Source: Podarcis erhardii (taxonomy: Eukaryota). From it: a stretch of 64,000 nucleotides of DNA. The notes under the pieces were generated by a model. That model was not told where the DNA came from, made no database searches, and saw nothing but the letters and a program-made list of their open reading frames with translations. The stretch lies in NCBI GenBank assembly GCA_964252035.1, contig OZ176210.1. One strand, written 5' to 3'. Every line of letters starts with the position of its first letter. Positions within the stretch are counted from its first letter, which is position 1. Below, one piece after another: positions 37,780 to 51,263 of the stretch. The position numbers and the translations under genes are program-made.

Positions 37780-39680
37780 GTGAGTTTTATCTTGGTTAAT
37801 ATTAAAATAAGCCTCCAGCTCAAGGTTTTCCCCCAACTTAAGCAAATTTAAATCCCCCCGCCTTGCTTTTGAATGTTACTGTATACTGAGCAATATACAA
37901 TAGGACAGTAATAGGACATTAACACTACAATCCTATGCACATCTCCTCAGAAGTAGGTCACTTTGAATTCAGTGACACTTCGTCCAAGGTAAGTGGATAA
38001 ATAACTGTATCTTAAATGACCAAGAGCTGACAAGAATATTATTTTATTGATTTCATTTTTCATGTTACTAACCACAATTCTGTTTTTTAAAAATTGCTAT
38101 ATTTTTTATAAAGCTGCACAATAACATTGTACTCTGGAAGCTCACATATAAAATCATTCTAATAAGATACAATTAAAATACAGCATCAGAAAAATAACAG
38201 TTTGTAGCATAATTTCTCATCATCGTCATCTTATGCTCTACATTAGTTTATCTGCACTAATTACTATCTACAGATTCCTAGGCAGCATCACTAACATAGA
38301 TTAGAATCCCAATTTCTTCTAAAAGCATGAAGGAGTCTAAATATGCAGGTTATGCCTCTTTCTAAGTCATGATGCAGCTGAGGCACGTTCACCTATAATT
38401 TTGGTATCTGGTGGTATCCTAGTTTGCATCTATGACTGGTCTGGTCCTGCTCTTGTTCCAAAGCAATGAATGCTGTATTTGATAATTACTGCCATTTTAA
38501 AAATAAAAATGGCTGCAACCCTACAGCTAGCTAGAAGCTAACTGACAGATGTTATGAAGTATACAGTTTGCCTGTAAGCTTGTAGTTCTCACATGCAACC
38601 TTGACAAGCCATTTCTGATCTTTTGACATTGAGACCGGAACATGTCCCATACCTGGCAGTTTATGGAGTCAAAGAATACCACAGGGTATCATTCAAACAA
38701 TTTATTACAGTAAAAGGGAATCAGCATGTTCATTAAAAAGGGGTTGATTGGAATCAATTAATACAGACTGGGGCCTAGGGCCAGTTGCTTTAGAAGAGAT
38801 GGGGAAATTGTCAAGAAGATGGAGGTTGGTATATTGTTTTTGGAAGGCTTTGGGAAGGGGTTAGGGCAAGAATTGGAAGAAAGCAATTGGATGACTTTGG
38901 GACATGTTTTGAAATAAGTTCCATTTTTGTAAAGGAGCAGAACTACTAAGGAAGAATAAAAGGGCTTGGCAAAGAGCAGATCACCTCAAGAAAGCAGAAA
39001 TGCGGGTGGGGAGAAGGAGAAAGAAAGACAGAGAAAGACAAAGCAGTAGGATGTCTGGGGACATGAAAAAGGGGAGGGGAGGGATGGAAGGATGGAGGGG
39101 GAGGGGAAGAGGGAGAGGGGAAGAAGGTAGATGACTGGAGTCCTGTGGAGGGGGTGGGGAAGAACATGGTCAGCTGAGGTACTTGCCAGGAGAGGGGAGA
39201 GAGATTTAGTACCTGTCCTTATTTTGCAAAGCTGGACTTCGATGGGTGGTTGGTGTGGAGATCTCTTCTGCACTGGAGTGAGAAGAGGCAGAGGGCAGAA
39301 GAGAAAAGAAAAAAAGAAAAGAAAAGAGAAAGCTGTCCACAAGAAGTGGTGTTGTGTGGAAGTAGTGAAGTTTCTTCAAGGGGTTCCAAAGATTTATGGT
39401 TACTAAGGCAAAAAGCAACTCTTTTTACACTTAATATTGAGCTCCTGGTGATTAAAATGAAAACAAAGATTAACAATCCCATTTTCCTGTCTCATCAAAG
39501 ACAAGCTGTGTATGATGCCTGGATTAAGAGGTTTTGGTTTAAAACCTCTAACGAAAGGAAGAAAAAAGTTAACTTTAACTGGGACTAAGCAGTAGTGGGT
39601 GAAAGTTATTCCATCCAAATTCGTCCTCCCAGCCTGGTGTTTCTAACCCCCGACTTTCATCTTTTTGTTTTCATTCTTAG

Positions 39681-39776
39681 AAGAGGGAGCAGTTGCAAGC
39701 TGAAGAAGAAAGAAAAAGCTCATGGGTTACTCAGGAACGACAGATAACACTGGACAGACTTCGAACATTTAAACAG
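39681..39776 (+). CDS. JMY: JMY coding exon 8
   Basis: tcattcttag|AAG acceptor; KREQLQAEEERKSSWVTQERQITLDRLRTFKQ; CAG|gtaaat donor; 96 nt. Confidence 0.95.
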
Positions 39777-40349
39777 GTAAATGGAAGAAGGGAGACATTC
39801 TACTGATGCTTCGTAAGTTACACACATACACATACACATACACATACATATACATATACATAGATTGCCCACCAATAATAGCGCCTTTGACACAAGTACT
39901 TGTTCCAGAGAGCATGCATTAGCTATGGCTTTGTGTTGTTTGTATATGTGATGGCAACCATAAATCATTGCTATATAATGTGTGAAACAAGCCTTCTTAA
40001 TTATTAAACTATATTCATATTCACAAGAAAATAGAAAAGAACATTGGAATTATTCTTAGGAAAAAAATGTGCTATACTTCTCTTCATATTAATTAATTCC
40101 CATGTTTATGTTTCTCAATTTACAAGTTAACCTGACAATTTTGAAAGGGTTGAATCATAATTATATGTGAGCAGTTGAGGTTAGCAGTAATAAGTCTCTT
40201 GGCCTGCAATCCTAACCCCACTCACCTGGGAGTAAGTTCCATTGAATTCAGTAGGACTTAATTCTGAGTTTACAGGGTTAAAATTGTGCTGTTAGTCACC
40301 ATGCTTTTGATGCTTGCCTAATTTTTAACTCATTTCCCCCCCTCCTAAG

Positions 40350-40881
40350 CGCTATCCTGGACAGGTAATACTCAAATCAACCAGACTTCGACTGGCCCAT
40401 GCAAGAAGAAAAAGTACAGCCAGTTCAACTTCATGTGCTGATCATCGTCTGTCGCTACCTGTAACTACACAGACTGATGTGGTGGGGCAAGAAAAAAGAA
40501 TACAACCTTTACAAATCCAGGAGTCTAGAAATTTAGGACCACTTGAAGATACTTCACCTCCCTGTGGCGTTATCTCTGAATTTTCTCAGATTCCTTCTCC
40601 TCCTGCTCTTCTCAGTAATGAACTTCAGCCCAATATAGTTAATGAGGCCCCAATGCCTCCTCCTCTTCCACCGCCACCGCCACCACCTCTGCCCACCAAG
40701 GAAGAGTCTACTCAGTGCTCTGAGAAGAGCAGTAGCCCTGTGAAACAACCCAGCATTGAGAAGCCAGCACTGCTGACCACTATAGCACCATCAGCTCATT
40801 TCTTTGATAGCAGCCAGTTGGTCAGTGCCAAGAAGAAACTAAAGAAAATGGGCGATATGGAAGGCTTGCAGAGGAGAAGAG
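40350..40881 (+). CDS. JMY: JMY coding exon 9 (polyproline tract, first WH2 region)
   Basis: cctcctaag|CGC (AAG acceptor); RYPGQVILKSTRLRLAHARRK...PPPLPPPPPPPLP...SAHFFDSSQLVSAKKKLKKMGDMEGLQRRR; GAG|gtaact donor; 532 nt. Confidence 0.93.
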
Positions 40882-42050
40882 GTAACTTCATTTCTCTTGA
40901 ATGTGATTCAGGGAAAAGAAAAAGTAGTTTTCCTTACCTTGAGTAATAAAATTAAAGGGTCTCTACCCCCCCAAGAGAGCATGGCTTTGTGATTTTTGAA
41001 CATGATCTCCCCAAATCATGTTTGAAACTGGGGTGTGTGTGTTTCTTTTAATAGCATTTTGTGATGTTTCCCAGGGGAGGGGGTGTTGGTGGCTTTGAGG
41101 GGGGAAAAAAAGTTTTTACACCTGAAGTAGAACTCTGGATTCCAGCTGGTGGAATTAATGAAAACTCTTGATAACTCTGTTGATGTTTTTATCCAAATTT
41201 TGATTTCTGTTTTGTCAACATTGAACAATGGGAAAGGTGGCGTTGGTATATTTTAATTAATAAATGATGACATTTTCAGTGTCTTGAGTACAGGGTGTTA
41301 GTTCACAGCTCAGAGTACTTATTTTGTACTACTACCAAAAGTTGTTTTTTTTAAACAGAACTTTTAAGAACAAGGTTCCACACCTCTGCCGATAGGAAGT
41401 GGTGTATCTTAGCAGATCTGTGGTTTTTAAATGAATAAACATGATACAGTGGATCTTAAAAATTAAAGGCACAGTCCAATCCATTCCCTAGGTGGACATG
41501 CATGTGTGGTCAGGTAGACCAGGAGGTGTCCAGGTTTGGTTGTTGCCCCTGTACACAAGGGCAGTTGGGTATGTAGAGGTATTGGGTTGGCTGTCTAAGG
41601 AATAGCAGCCTCCTTCAATACCAGCTACATTATCCTAACATAGAAAGTTGAGCCAGATACTTACCGGACATTTTGTGAGAACCAGAGACAACAGTGGGGG
41701 CTCATCTCTTGATGCAGTAGCTTCATTTCACCTTTTGAACTACATAATCCTCCAATTGTTTTGATCTTCTTTCTTATGGGCTTGATTATTGTGATCTGAA
41801 AATAATGTAATTTTTTTTCAGAATTGTAGAAACAATGCATTAGAAATATATAGCAGGGTTTTTTTTAACCTTCCATGTAGGAAATGTGCTTTGTGGGTTG
41901 GGGAACCCAATGGAGTGGAGGTGGAGCCGCAAGGAGGAGGAGAGGAAAATGAGATTTCAGACATTGTTGGCTTTTGTGAATGTCTTGTTGAAATTTCATA
42001 GCATAAAATATGAAAAGTTGCAATGCTTACTGAACTCTGATTTTCTGCAG

Positions 42051-42358
42051 TGAGTTCCCCAATGGATGAGGTGTTGGCTTCCTTGAAACGTGGTAGCTTC
42101 CACCTGAGGAAAGTTGAGCAGAGAAATCTCCCGCCTTTCCCTGATGAAGACGACAGCAATAACATTTTGGCACAGATAAGAAAAGGTGTGAAACTGAAGA
42201 AAGTGCAAAAGGACCTTATGAGAGAATCATTCACAATTCTACCTGATGATGACCCTTTGACACGCAGCATCCATGAAGCACTACGGCGAATTAAGGAAGC
42301 ATCACCAGAGTCTGAAGATGAAGAGGAGAACCTGCCTTGCACAGACTGGGAAAATTAA
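42051..42358 (+). CDS. JMY: JMY coding exon 10 (WH2, connector and acidic WCA end; stop codon)
   Basis: ttttctgcag|TG acceptor; (V)SSPMDEVLASLKRGSFHLRKVEQ...ILAQIRKGVKLKKVQK...EDEEENLPCTDWEN*; acidic tail with terminal Trp typical of Arp2/3 activators. Confidence 0.97.
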
Positions 42359-43479
42359 GGAGTAATGTTTCTTCTTTTGGTATATATCTGGTTTCCTTAA
42401 ATAGTAGTAGCACCTATAATAGAAGATCCTTGTTAGGAATGTGCCTAAGTTCGCCTATGTTTACACAAGAGAAGTGCATGTGTGGCTTAAGATCTGCAGC
42501 CACTGTATAAGCGGCGGGGGGGGGGGAGCGTATGGGAAAAGAAAGTTGGAGCTTCTCACAAGATACTTCTCTGAAGGAAACTTGCTTTGTCAGAATGGAT
42601 ATAGTTTCCTTACTTCTGACTGACAGATGCCTCTGCTGCTTCCATTTTTACCAAAGTGTGTCTTAGCTAGTACTCCTAGAGTTATATGGCGTGGCCTCCT
42701 TTCTAGTCATTGATTTGGGAGGAGTTTTCCTAATTCAGAGATCTGTTGCCCATTTTTTCTGGGTTGTTGAGCTGCCTGGCTAGGGGTGTTATATTCCACT
42801 GTTCTAATCGGAGAAGAGAGATGCACACTATATTCCTCCCTAAATCTTTTAAAACATCTAAATTACAGTTTGATGATATGGAATTTTGGAATATATTGAT
42901 GCTAGTGCTTATTTGAACAAAAGCTCTAGACATTTTTTTTTTTAAGAAAAGCAAGATCTTTCCCCATTTATAGCATCTTTCTTAAATGGTGATACGTTTT
43001 CAGGATGCTGGAAACGTGGAAAGGCAGTATTTGCAAGCAAACCTTACTGTTTGAATCAAAAGTATGAACAAAGTGGGGAAGATTGTGATCATGGAGGGGG
43101 GTTAAGACTTAGGGAAAATTTGTGTGAAAACCTTAATCTGATTTCTGGGTTGCAGGTGGAAACATATGTTGCATTAGTGGAATGTAAGATTTGTCTCATC
43201 ACGGTTGTTATCAATTTGACGGAGGTGACCCTACTGGATTAATGTGTGAATTGGCATGCCAATAACTAATTGCAATATATTTAATCAAAATTAAGGTCAC
43301 TTCCAAAGTCTGCAAGGCAAGTTTTCCCGTAAAGGGGGAATCGATTTAAAGGATGAAATTACTAATTTACTCTGTAAATCAATCTGCAGTGGAAAAATCT
43401 CTATAAAAAGTAAAGCATACATAAATTAAAGCTACAAATGTTCCACTCATCCACAGATCTTCACGTACAGTAGTTAGAC

Positions 43480-43618
43480 CAGGCATAGGCAAACTCAGCC
43501 CTCCAGATGTTTTGGGACTACAACTCCCTTCATCCCTGAGCCCTGAGCACATCCCTAGCTAGGGATGATGGGAGTTGTAGTCCCAAAACATCTGGAGGGC
43601 CGAGTTTGCCTATGCCTG
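43480..43618. mobile_element. hAT-type fold-back MITE
   Basis: 58-bp arms (56/58 complementary) around a 23-nt loop; 8-bp TSD AGTTAGAC/AGTTAAAC. Confidence 0.88.
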
Positions 43619-46527
43619 AGTTAAACAATGCTGCCTTACAGTGAGTCGGCTCATGAGTCCCTTTAGCCCAGTATAGGTGACTTGGACTGGCAGCAACTCT
43701 TCTCAGGTTCTCAGAAAGGAGATTCTCTGCCAGCCCTGGTATATAACTGGAGATTACATTAACTGAAGGCGCTGGGATATTGAAAATGGAACTGTGGATA
43801 AGCAAAGCAGGTACTGCTGTGGTATCTGTGTTTTCATATGCACACCTGCAAAACAGTATTGACATTGAGTTTTTACACTAGCACTCTTGTTGTGGGCAGA
43901 GGAGGAAAGGGTCCTCTTGATTCAGTATTCCAAGCAGGTGATGAGGGGAGGGAAAGACTAATCATATTAATGAGCTGTTGGGAGAGCTAAGCCTCTCCTT
44001 TTCTTCTACTAATTTTGTTTCTGTCGTATCTTCAGCTAGAGCAGCCTGTCACAGAACATGGCCTGCAGATTCAGATGCCAAGGAGGAATAGGTGCTTGAA
44101 AAGCACATTTTGATGTGGCCTCTAAAGGAATAGAATTTGATTTAAAAAGCAACTTTACAGTTTGTCCTTCAGCTGTTTTTTTTGTTTGTTTAAACAGGTG
44201 GTGAGGATTCCACAGAATAATGATTTTCCTTTCACTTCTGAACATCCATAGTCAACAGTTTGATCACCACCTTCTGTCTGGGAAAGGCGTCACCTGACAA
44301 ACAATTTGATATGTGCAGAAGAGCTTAAAATGCATTTTTTTAAATTATGGTACAAAATTCTGATGGGATCAAAAACTACCTTATTAGATGTGTATTTTGC
44401 AGAACACTGAGGAGAACGAACCATTCAAGATATTTCTGGTTCTTCACTCACTTTTTACAATCGTGTGAAACACTAAATCAGCACCTATTGCAGCAGAGCT
44501 TCTTCCCAACATAATTTATCAGGACAGGTATGCAATCTGACCTTTGGTTCACTGAAGACTTCACTGTTTAATCAACAAATTGCTACTTTCACATCAGCTT
44601 CTATTACAGCAACAGGAATTCTCCTAAAGGTCTTTATTTCTCACTATATTTGTCATGTAGGAAGTGGATTTCAGAGATATAATGCATTTTAACTATTCAT
44701 TGTACAAAATACAAGTTATTTTGAAAATGGGAACAAATGGCTCTACAGAATAACAGGAAGCCCCCTAAGAGTGGAATACCTATACTTAAGAATGTATTGT
44801 TTACAGCCTAGTACATTTAAAATGGCATATAGCAAAACCCTTTAGAAGGCCATGTATACTGTGTACATCTTGTATTTTTAAATTAGAATTTCCCATGCTC
44901 GTATAAATAGAAACATTTTAATTGCAGGACTGAGTGATAGATAATAAAGTTACATAAAATTTTATTTATAGAAGCAATATTTTGTAATGAGAATACTTAA
45001 AATTATTTTTGTCTATTAGTTTGACTGTTCTTTGATGACTCTAAGGAACCTTTATTTAAAGAAAATTCAAAACTGAAATCCAATTTTACTGTTAAGTTGT
45101 GGAAGTTATAATTTTTTTCCAGTTTTCATTATTCCTGTCATTGTTAAAATATTTGAATTATGTAACAGCCTACTTATTTGAAAAACACTTCATTTTTAAC
45201 CCTGGTTGTATAATGGTCTAAAGGAGGCACAGCCTTTGGTACAGTGAATATCTAAAGCAACGTAATCCCAAACAGCATGACTAATAGCTGCAGGCAGCTC
45301 ATTTTTTAATAACAGAGTACTGTACGGAATAGTATTTCTGCACCAGGGCTAATCTTACCCTTATTAAAATGCTCTCAAATGAAAATTTCTGCTTGTAGGA
45401 GAATCTTGTGCTTGACAAACTATGATCCCTTATGATAGGAAATATCCATTTTAAAATGATTTACTATATTCACTGCCTGTTGTAAGTAGATGCATATTGG
45501 ATGGAATGCATTTAGTAAGCCCACTCACCTTTCATAGTAAGAGGTTAAATGTCTTGCTCTTTTTCCTTTTAAAAATATTTGGGAGTACCCTGAATACTTG
45601 ACAATACATGTAACAGTCCAGCTCAACTCTTGGAAATATTTGGGTGTGCAAAAGTTACTACCTAGGCCAGTAATAATAATGAGAAATATTTTATCAGGAT
45701 ACCTGCCATTCTGGTTTCTTTTTTAAAAAAAGCTTAATGCCTTATATAGTCTGAAATGCTGTCCTTTCCCAAAGGTAAGCTTGAGAATAGCATGAGTTCA
45801 ATTATTGTGAGAACGCCTTCTGTTGGGGAGACAAAGAACTGTATTAGGAACTGAACATTAATTTTCTGAAAAACAAGACAACCCATTTCCTTTCCAAGTT
45901 ACTGCATATTAACCAAAATTGCATTATGCACTGTGTGGTTACAGTCACAGGTAATGCAAAATTTGGTGGTGGCAATAATTAAATAGCTGCAAAATATAAC
46001 TGTTGACCTTTAGCATAAACCATAATATATGTAGTTGGTGTGCCTTTGCCATTTAGTCACCTCCATTTAGTCACCCTCCAAATTTCCACTGTATAATATA
46101 TTGTGTTTGAAATTTTAGTTGTAGCCCAAAACACGAACTTATAAAAATTAGGATGAGATGGATCATGTAAAGCTTTACACAATCAGTTGCAGCAGGAGCT
46201 TTGAATGGCAAATTTTGCTAGACAATTCACGTAATCAAGGAGACATAACTTATTGAAAATTGAGAGTAACACTCCTTATGCTAACACTCTTTTGCAACTA
46301 TAAATTTTAAATTCATATGGAAAGTTTATAAAGCTCTCAAGATGATTGTGAAATGTTCAGGCTGTATATATGGAATCTTTGCCTTGAAAGCTCTAGTTTG
46401 TTTTTGTTTTTTTTTTTAAAAAACTATTACTGACAGTTTAATTAATGCAAAAAAATAAAACCGGCTTTTGGCGCTATAAAAATGGCTGTTTCAGAGGAAC
46501 ATATTTTATACATACTTGGCTGCTGTA

Positions 46528-46733
46528 CAGTGGAACCTCAGGTTGCGAATGTGATCCATGTGGGAGGCACATTTGCAACCCACAGCGCCGCGTCTGCACA
46601 CACGCGGGTTGTGTTTCTGCGCATGCGCAAGCGCCGAAACCCGGAAGTAACCCATTCTGGTACTTTTGGGTTCGGCGCGGTGCGCAACCCGAAAACGCAT
46701 AACCTGAAGCGTCTGTAACCCGAGGTACCACTG
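46528..46733. mobile_element. MITE family C, CpG-rich, inside the putative JMY 3'UTR
   Basis: CAGTGGAACCTCAGGTT / AACCCGAGGTACCACTG; TA TSD. Confidence 0.85.
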
Positions 46734-48495
46734 TACTGTGGCTGATCTCCTATCCAGAGTTTTCCTTTAGACCGAGTATAGTTTTTTCCCATAATCTGTT
46801 AGGAAGAAGAGATTAATCTGGGTGCCAGTAGTGCCTGGATAGCATTTTACACAAATTTGTCAAGTTAGGACCTTGTCCATCTTATCTATGTGCAATTCCT
46901 TATAATTATATTCCCACATGTTTTGCTTTTGCTTTTAATTAATAGTGATTCCTAATTTTATTTCTTGAAGCCATTGCATACCAGCTGAGAACTCACAGTA
47001 CTCTAGTCTAGTACATTTATTGCAGCAGACTTAGCAAATATATGGACATTTAAGAAAAGTTATTGATGAATGCTGCTTGAACTGGCATTCACACCTAAAT
47101 CTATGCAGCTGACAAGTATGCATGAAAAAATGCATTCCAGTATTTCGTATGCTGTAGACTGACTGCGGTACATGGTTGTACTGCAGCCGTTGTTCTCAAT
47201 TTATTGTCCACAATGCATTCTGTCAAGAAACGTAGTGATCTACCTGGATGCCCCTGAACTGGTGGTAGACTAGCTCAAGGAACTATAAATGCCAGGAGGT
47301 GATGAGTCGTGTGTTTGGCAGTTTGGCAGCAAGGGGGCCAAGGTGTTTTATTTCCACTAGAAAAACAAATTATGCTGCACAGCAACATTTATTAAAGTGG
47401 TTTTATCTTCTGCAGCATGATCCCATAAGTCTTTTAGTTGCTTGGTTTATTTGTATACTGACTATATTCTTTAGTATAGATAGTTTTGCTTCTTATTTCA
47501 ACCATTTTCTTGTAAAGCTTTTCAGAGTAGAGCAGCTTATATTATAAAATTGCTAACCACAAAAACAAATTAACAGCACTAAATTATGTCTTGCTGGTGC
47601 ATTCCAAGTTTTTGCTTTTGAGTTGTGTTTCATGTAGACACTGTCTTCAGAGAATCATGTGCATTTTTGTCACAGTCTAGTGAAAAGGGGGGAAACTTTC
47701 ACTCAAAGTCAATGTTCTCTTTTTATTTGCACTGACTTTAAAGAGCGAACTGTAAAACTATTTGGTTTTATGAGCATTCTTTTATTTTCGCTGTAATGCT
47801 TTTGTAATTTGGTTACCTGTGTTACTCATAACGAACCCAGAAGCATGAAACAAGATATATCTAGTGTTGGTGAACTGTTAACAAGCAAATAAGCTTATTG
47901 AAAAGGAGGCCTAAGAGATGCTTGTTGCAAGAGATGTAAGCACCTTATTGAGAGGATGTGGAATTTTAAAATGCTACTAGAGTCAAGTGTCAGTAGTTGT
48001 GTGCTATCAATATTGACCCTAATCTATTAGCAATCTATTCATGGAAGCAGATGGCAGCACCAACCACCATGAAAGGGGACATCCAGATTCAATATGGTGT
48101 CCTGCTCTTCTGACTGCTTCGGTCATGCCTTAGGCAGGCTGATGCTCTGTGGTGAAGCAGAAGCCACACAGCCTTTTGCTGCACTCTCATTTCCCTGGAT
48201 TGGGGCCAAGTGTTCTTTAGTAGAGAAAAGCACATTGTTTTGTTACTGTGTGTGATGGTTTGAAAAATAAAGCACTAGCGGTTTTATCCTATAACTCATT
48301 TGAAAGCTTCCAACAAAAAATAACGTATATTAATTGCTACATGAAATCTTACGTAATTAAAATCTAATTTGGGCCATGGTGAATGTTCTATTTTGCAAAG
48401 CTGTTTTCTAATGTTTTGCACAACCTTTTCTGCTATTTAAGACCATTTCCTGGGAATTCTTAGCTTTGAGCATAAAAATCAACTGCAAGCAGATA

Positions 48496-48640
48496 AACAT
48501 AAGAAGAGCCTGCTGGATCAGGCCAATGTCACATCTATGCCAACATCCTGTTCTCAGTGGCCAACCAGTTGCCCATGAGAAGCATGGAAGCAGGACCTGA
48601 GCACAGCAGCAGTCTACCCATTCCTGGACCTGGAACATGG
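48496..48640 (-). repeat. Squamate CR1-like 3' repeat; related copies near 22471-22600, 34865-34905, 62205-62260
   Basis: aacataaga...gcctgctggatcaggcc...catcctgttctcagtggccaaccag shared among the copies. Confidence 0.5.
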
Positions 48641-51263
48641 TCAATGTGGCTAGCAGCCTGTTATACCTGGCCTTTATTGGTCTATGTACTCTCTAGACCT
48701 GGGCACCAGCATTTTATTTATTCTGTTTTCTAGTATGGGTGTTCACACTATCTTTGATTAAGAGTCCAATTCAGAAAATACTTTCTTCGTGGCATTATTC
48801 CCAGGAGGAGCTGAAGAGTGGGCTGCAGATTAGTGTGTTCCTCCCCACCATTAATTGTAGGTAAAGCAGAACCTCTGGTCACTCAGCTTGAACATGTGAG
48901 GTCAAAAAGAGGGGGGCAGGGGTGTACATGGTGGGCTCACCCCCTCCAATACCTTGCCAGGTTGAGCGGGGAGCTTCTAAGCCTGTTCAACATGCCGATA
49001 AGCACCCTCATGGTTGAGATTGGGCTCCTGGTTGCAGAGAGATTTTGGGGCACTTTGAGACTTCCTTCAGGACTTGATGCTAAACATGCAAATGGCTGAA
49101 GTGGAAGCAGGACTAGTATATGTGTCCCCAGCCTCCTACACATCTTTTGCCCTCATATATTTGGGCTGAATATCTGAAAAGGGCTAACTGAGCCACAATC
49201 ACTAGTGGCATTCATAAATAAATTCTAGCCAATGGGAGAAAGCCTTTTGTACGCCCCACCATAAAAACAATGTTGTTGTTTTTTAAAAAAAAGCTGTCAG
49301 TAACAGCAAGGGACCAAGGGCCGGTTTGAATGTAACACTAAGCCATAGCTTAATGTTACAGAAATGAGCTGCAAACCTTGGGCTTACACTCCTATATATT
49401 CACTGTCTAGTTTAAACAAATCACTGTTCATTGGTAGGTCTGAAGTAGTGGTTAGTTTTAAAGTATGGCTTATTGAAACAAACCAGGATTAAACTCTTAA
49501 GCAGGCTTGTTCACGTGACACTGGCTAAACCGTGGTTTAGTATTATATCTGAGCCAGGCACAAAGTGCCTCTTTCCAAATGTACCAGCCATTATCTTGAA
49601 TTTGGAAATGGCAGCAGTGGCGTGGGTTGGAAGGGAAGCACCCTTCCCTGTAGGAAAAATGATTGCAAGCCCAGCTAAGACATCACTGATCTCACTGATC
49701 AACAACAATCTCCTGCAATGAGGGGGCATGTCAACCTGACTTCACATTGGGTATAATCCTAGAAGTCGTCTCATTCCCTGAACAGACCCAAGCTTGTATG
49801 ATTTGGCATGTGGTGCTGTGAAGGGTACTTAGCTGGTATGAGCATATAATAGTTGGCTGTGTTGCACATAGTAGAGTGGTGGCTAACCTGTGGCCCTCTA
49901 GGTGTTGCTGGATTACAACTCCCATCAACTCCCGTGAACATGGACAATTGTTAGGTATGACAAGAGTTGTAGTCAAACTGATTTCTCCACTCCATTGTCC
50001 TATTCCCCACTCCTCCTTTGGAAATGTGAGTATATTACTTTCAGAGCTGATTCAGATATACAGACAGATACGGCAGATTACAAGTGAGAATGTTCTCTGC
50101 TAGGAGATGGGGAGGCCCCTAGACTAATGTGATTGTTCCTTGTATGTGGGGAGTTTTAAAAAATCTTACAGGAAGCAATCATCCTCATGTACTCAGAAAT
50201 CATACAGTCTAGGAATGACTATCACATGCGGTGTCTACACACTTGATGTAGAACTTCAACCTCAACAAGGCAGGACATTAGAACTAGGACCAGATCTTGC
50301 AAAGTTCTTTTAAAAGGTGAAAGCATCCACAAGGTTCCCATATAGGAGTTGGACTGTGATGCATTTTTGGTAACCCTTTCCCTGCTGCTCTATTTTGCTG
50401 ATTTGAATTGCCCCCTGAAACTGTATGTTTCCTCAGTGAAGTAAATGACAATTTCAAAGGGAGAGGAGATTTAAATAGGGGAAATAATAAATTAGAAATG
50501 AGATAAAAGCAAAGCAGCATTATGGCCCAAATTAATTCTCTCCCTCACTGATTGCTTTTAGTCCCCCCCCACTTTCTGTTTTTTTAAAAACAAACCTCAG
50601 GGGAGCCTGTCATGGATCTCCCACTACCACATCTTAACTTTGGGTCTTTAGTCTTACATTCGTATGGCTACAGCCCACTTGTTGTTTGTCATTTTATGAG
50701 TTGCCAAGAGCAGAGCTGTGTTAACATATTTGCTGAAATGTAGAAGGCTGTTGATTATGTTGCATGGATAAAGCTTGTTAAACATTAATGGAACGCCTCA
50801 TTTTTGAACAGCTAAAAAATTAAAAAGAAAACCAATTCACCATTCACTAACTTAGTGCAAAAAGAATGAAAATCGGTGTGTTGTGCTGCACTTCTTTAAA
50901 ACAATTGTATTTAATGGACATTTGTAAATGGACATTGCATTTCTGAAATGCTCCAGCAAACTTGCAATACCTTTATAATGCTCAGTGTTCCAAAGTATTA
51001 AGCACGAAGTATAAACGAAAAGAGCATTCTTAGCAATATTTTGAAAACTAAAAGTTTTAAATGTTTGCCCTTTTGCTTTTTCCCCCTTTAAGTGCAGCCT
51101 TCCTGCAACTTTATTGTACTGCTTTGTACTTCATGTTTTTTACTATCATGGCTTCGAAATTCAAACCTATACCCAAAGTCCTGAATGACTTGTCTCGTGT
51201 ACATGCAATGTAACAACATACTTAAAAATTTTGGTGCTTAAAAGTTGTTCCTTTTTTTTCTTT

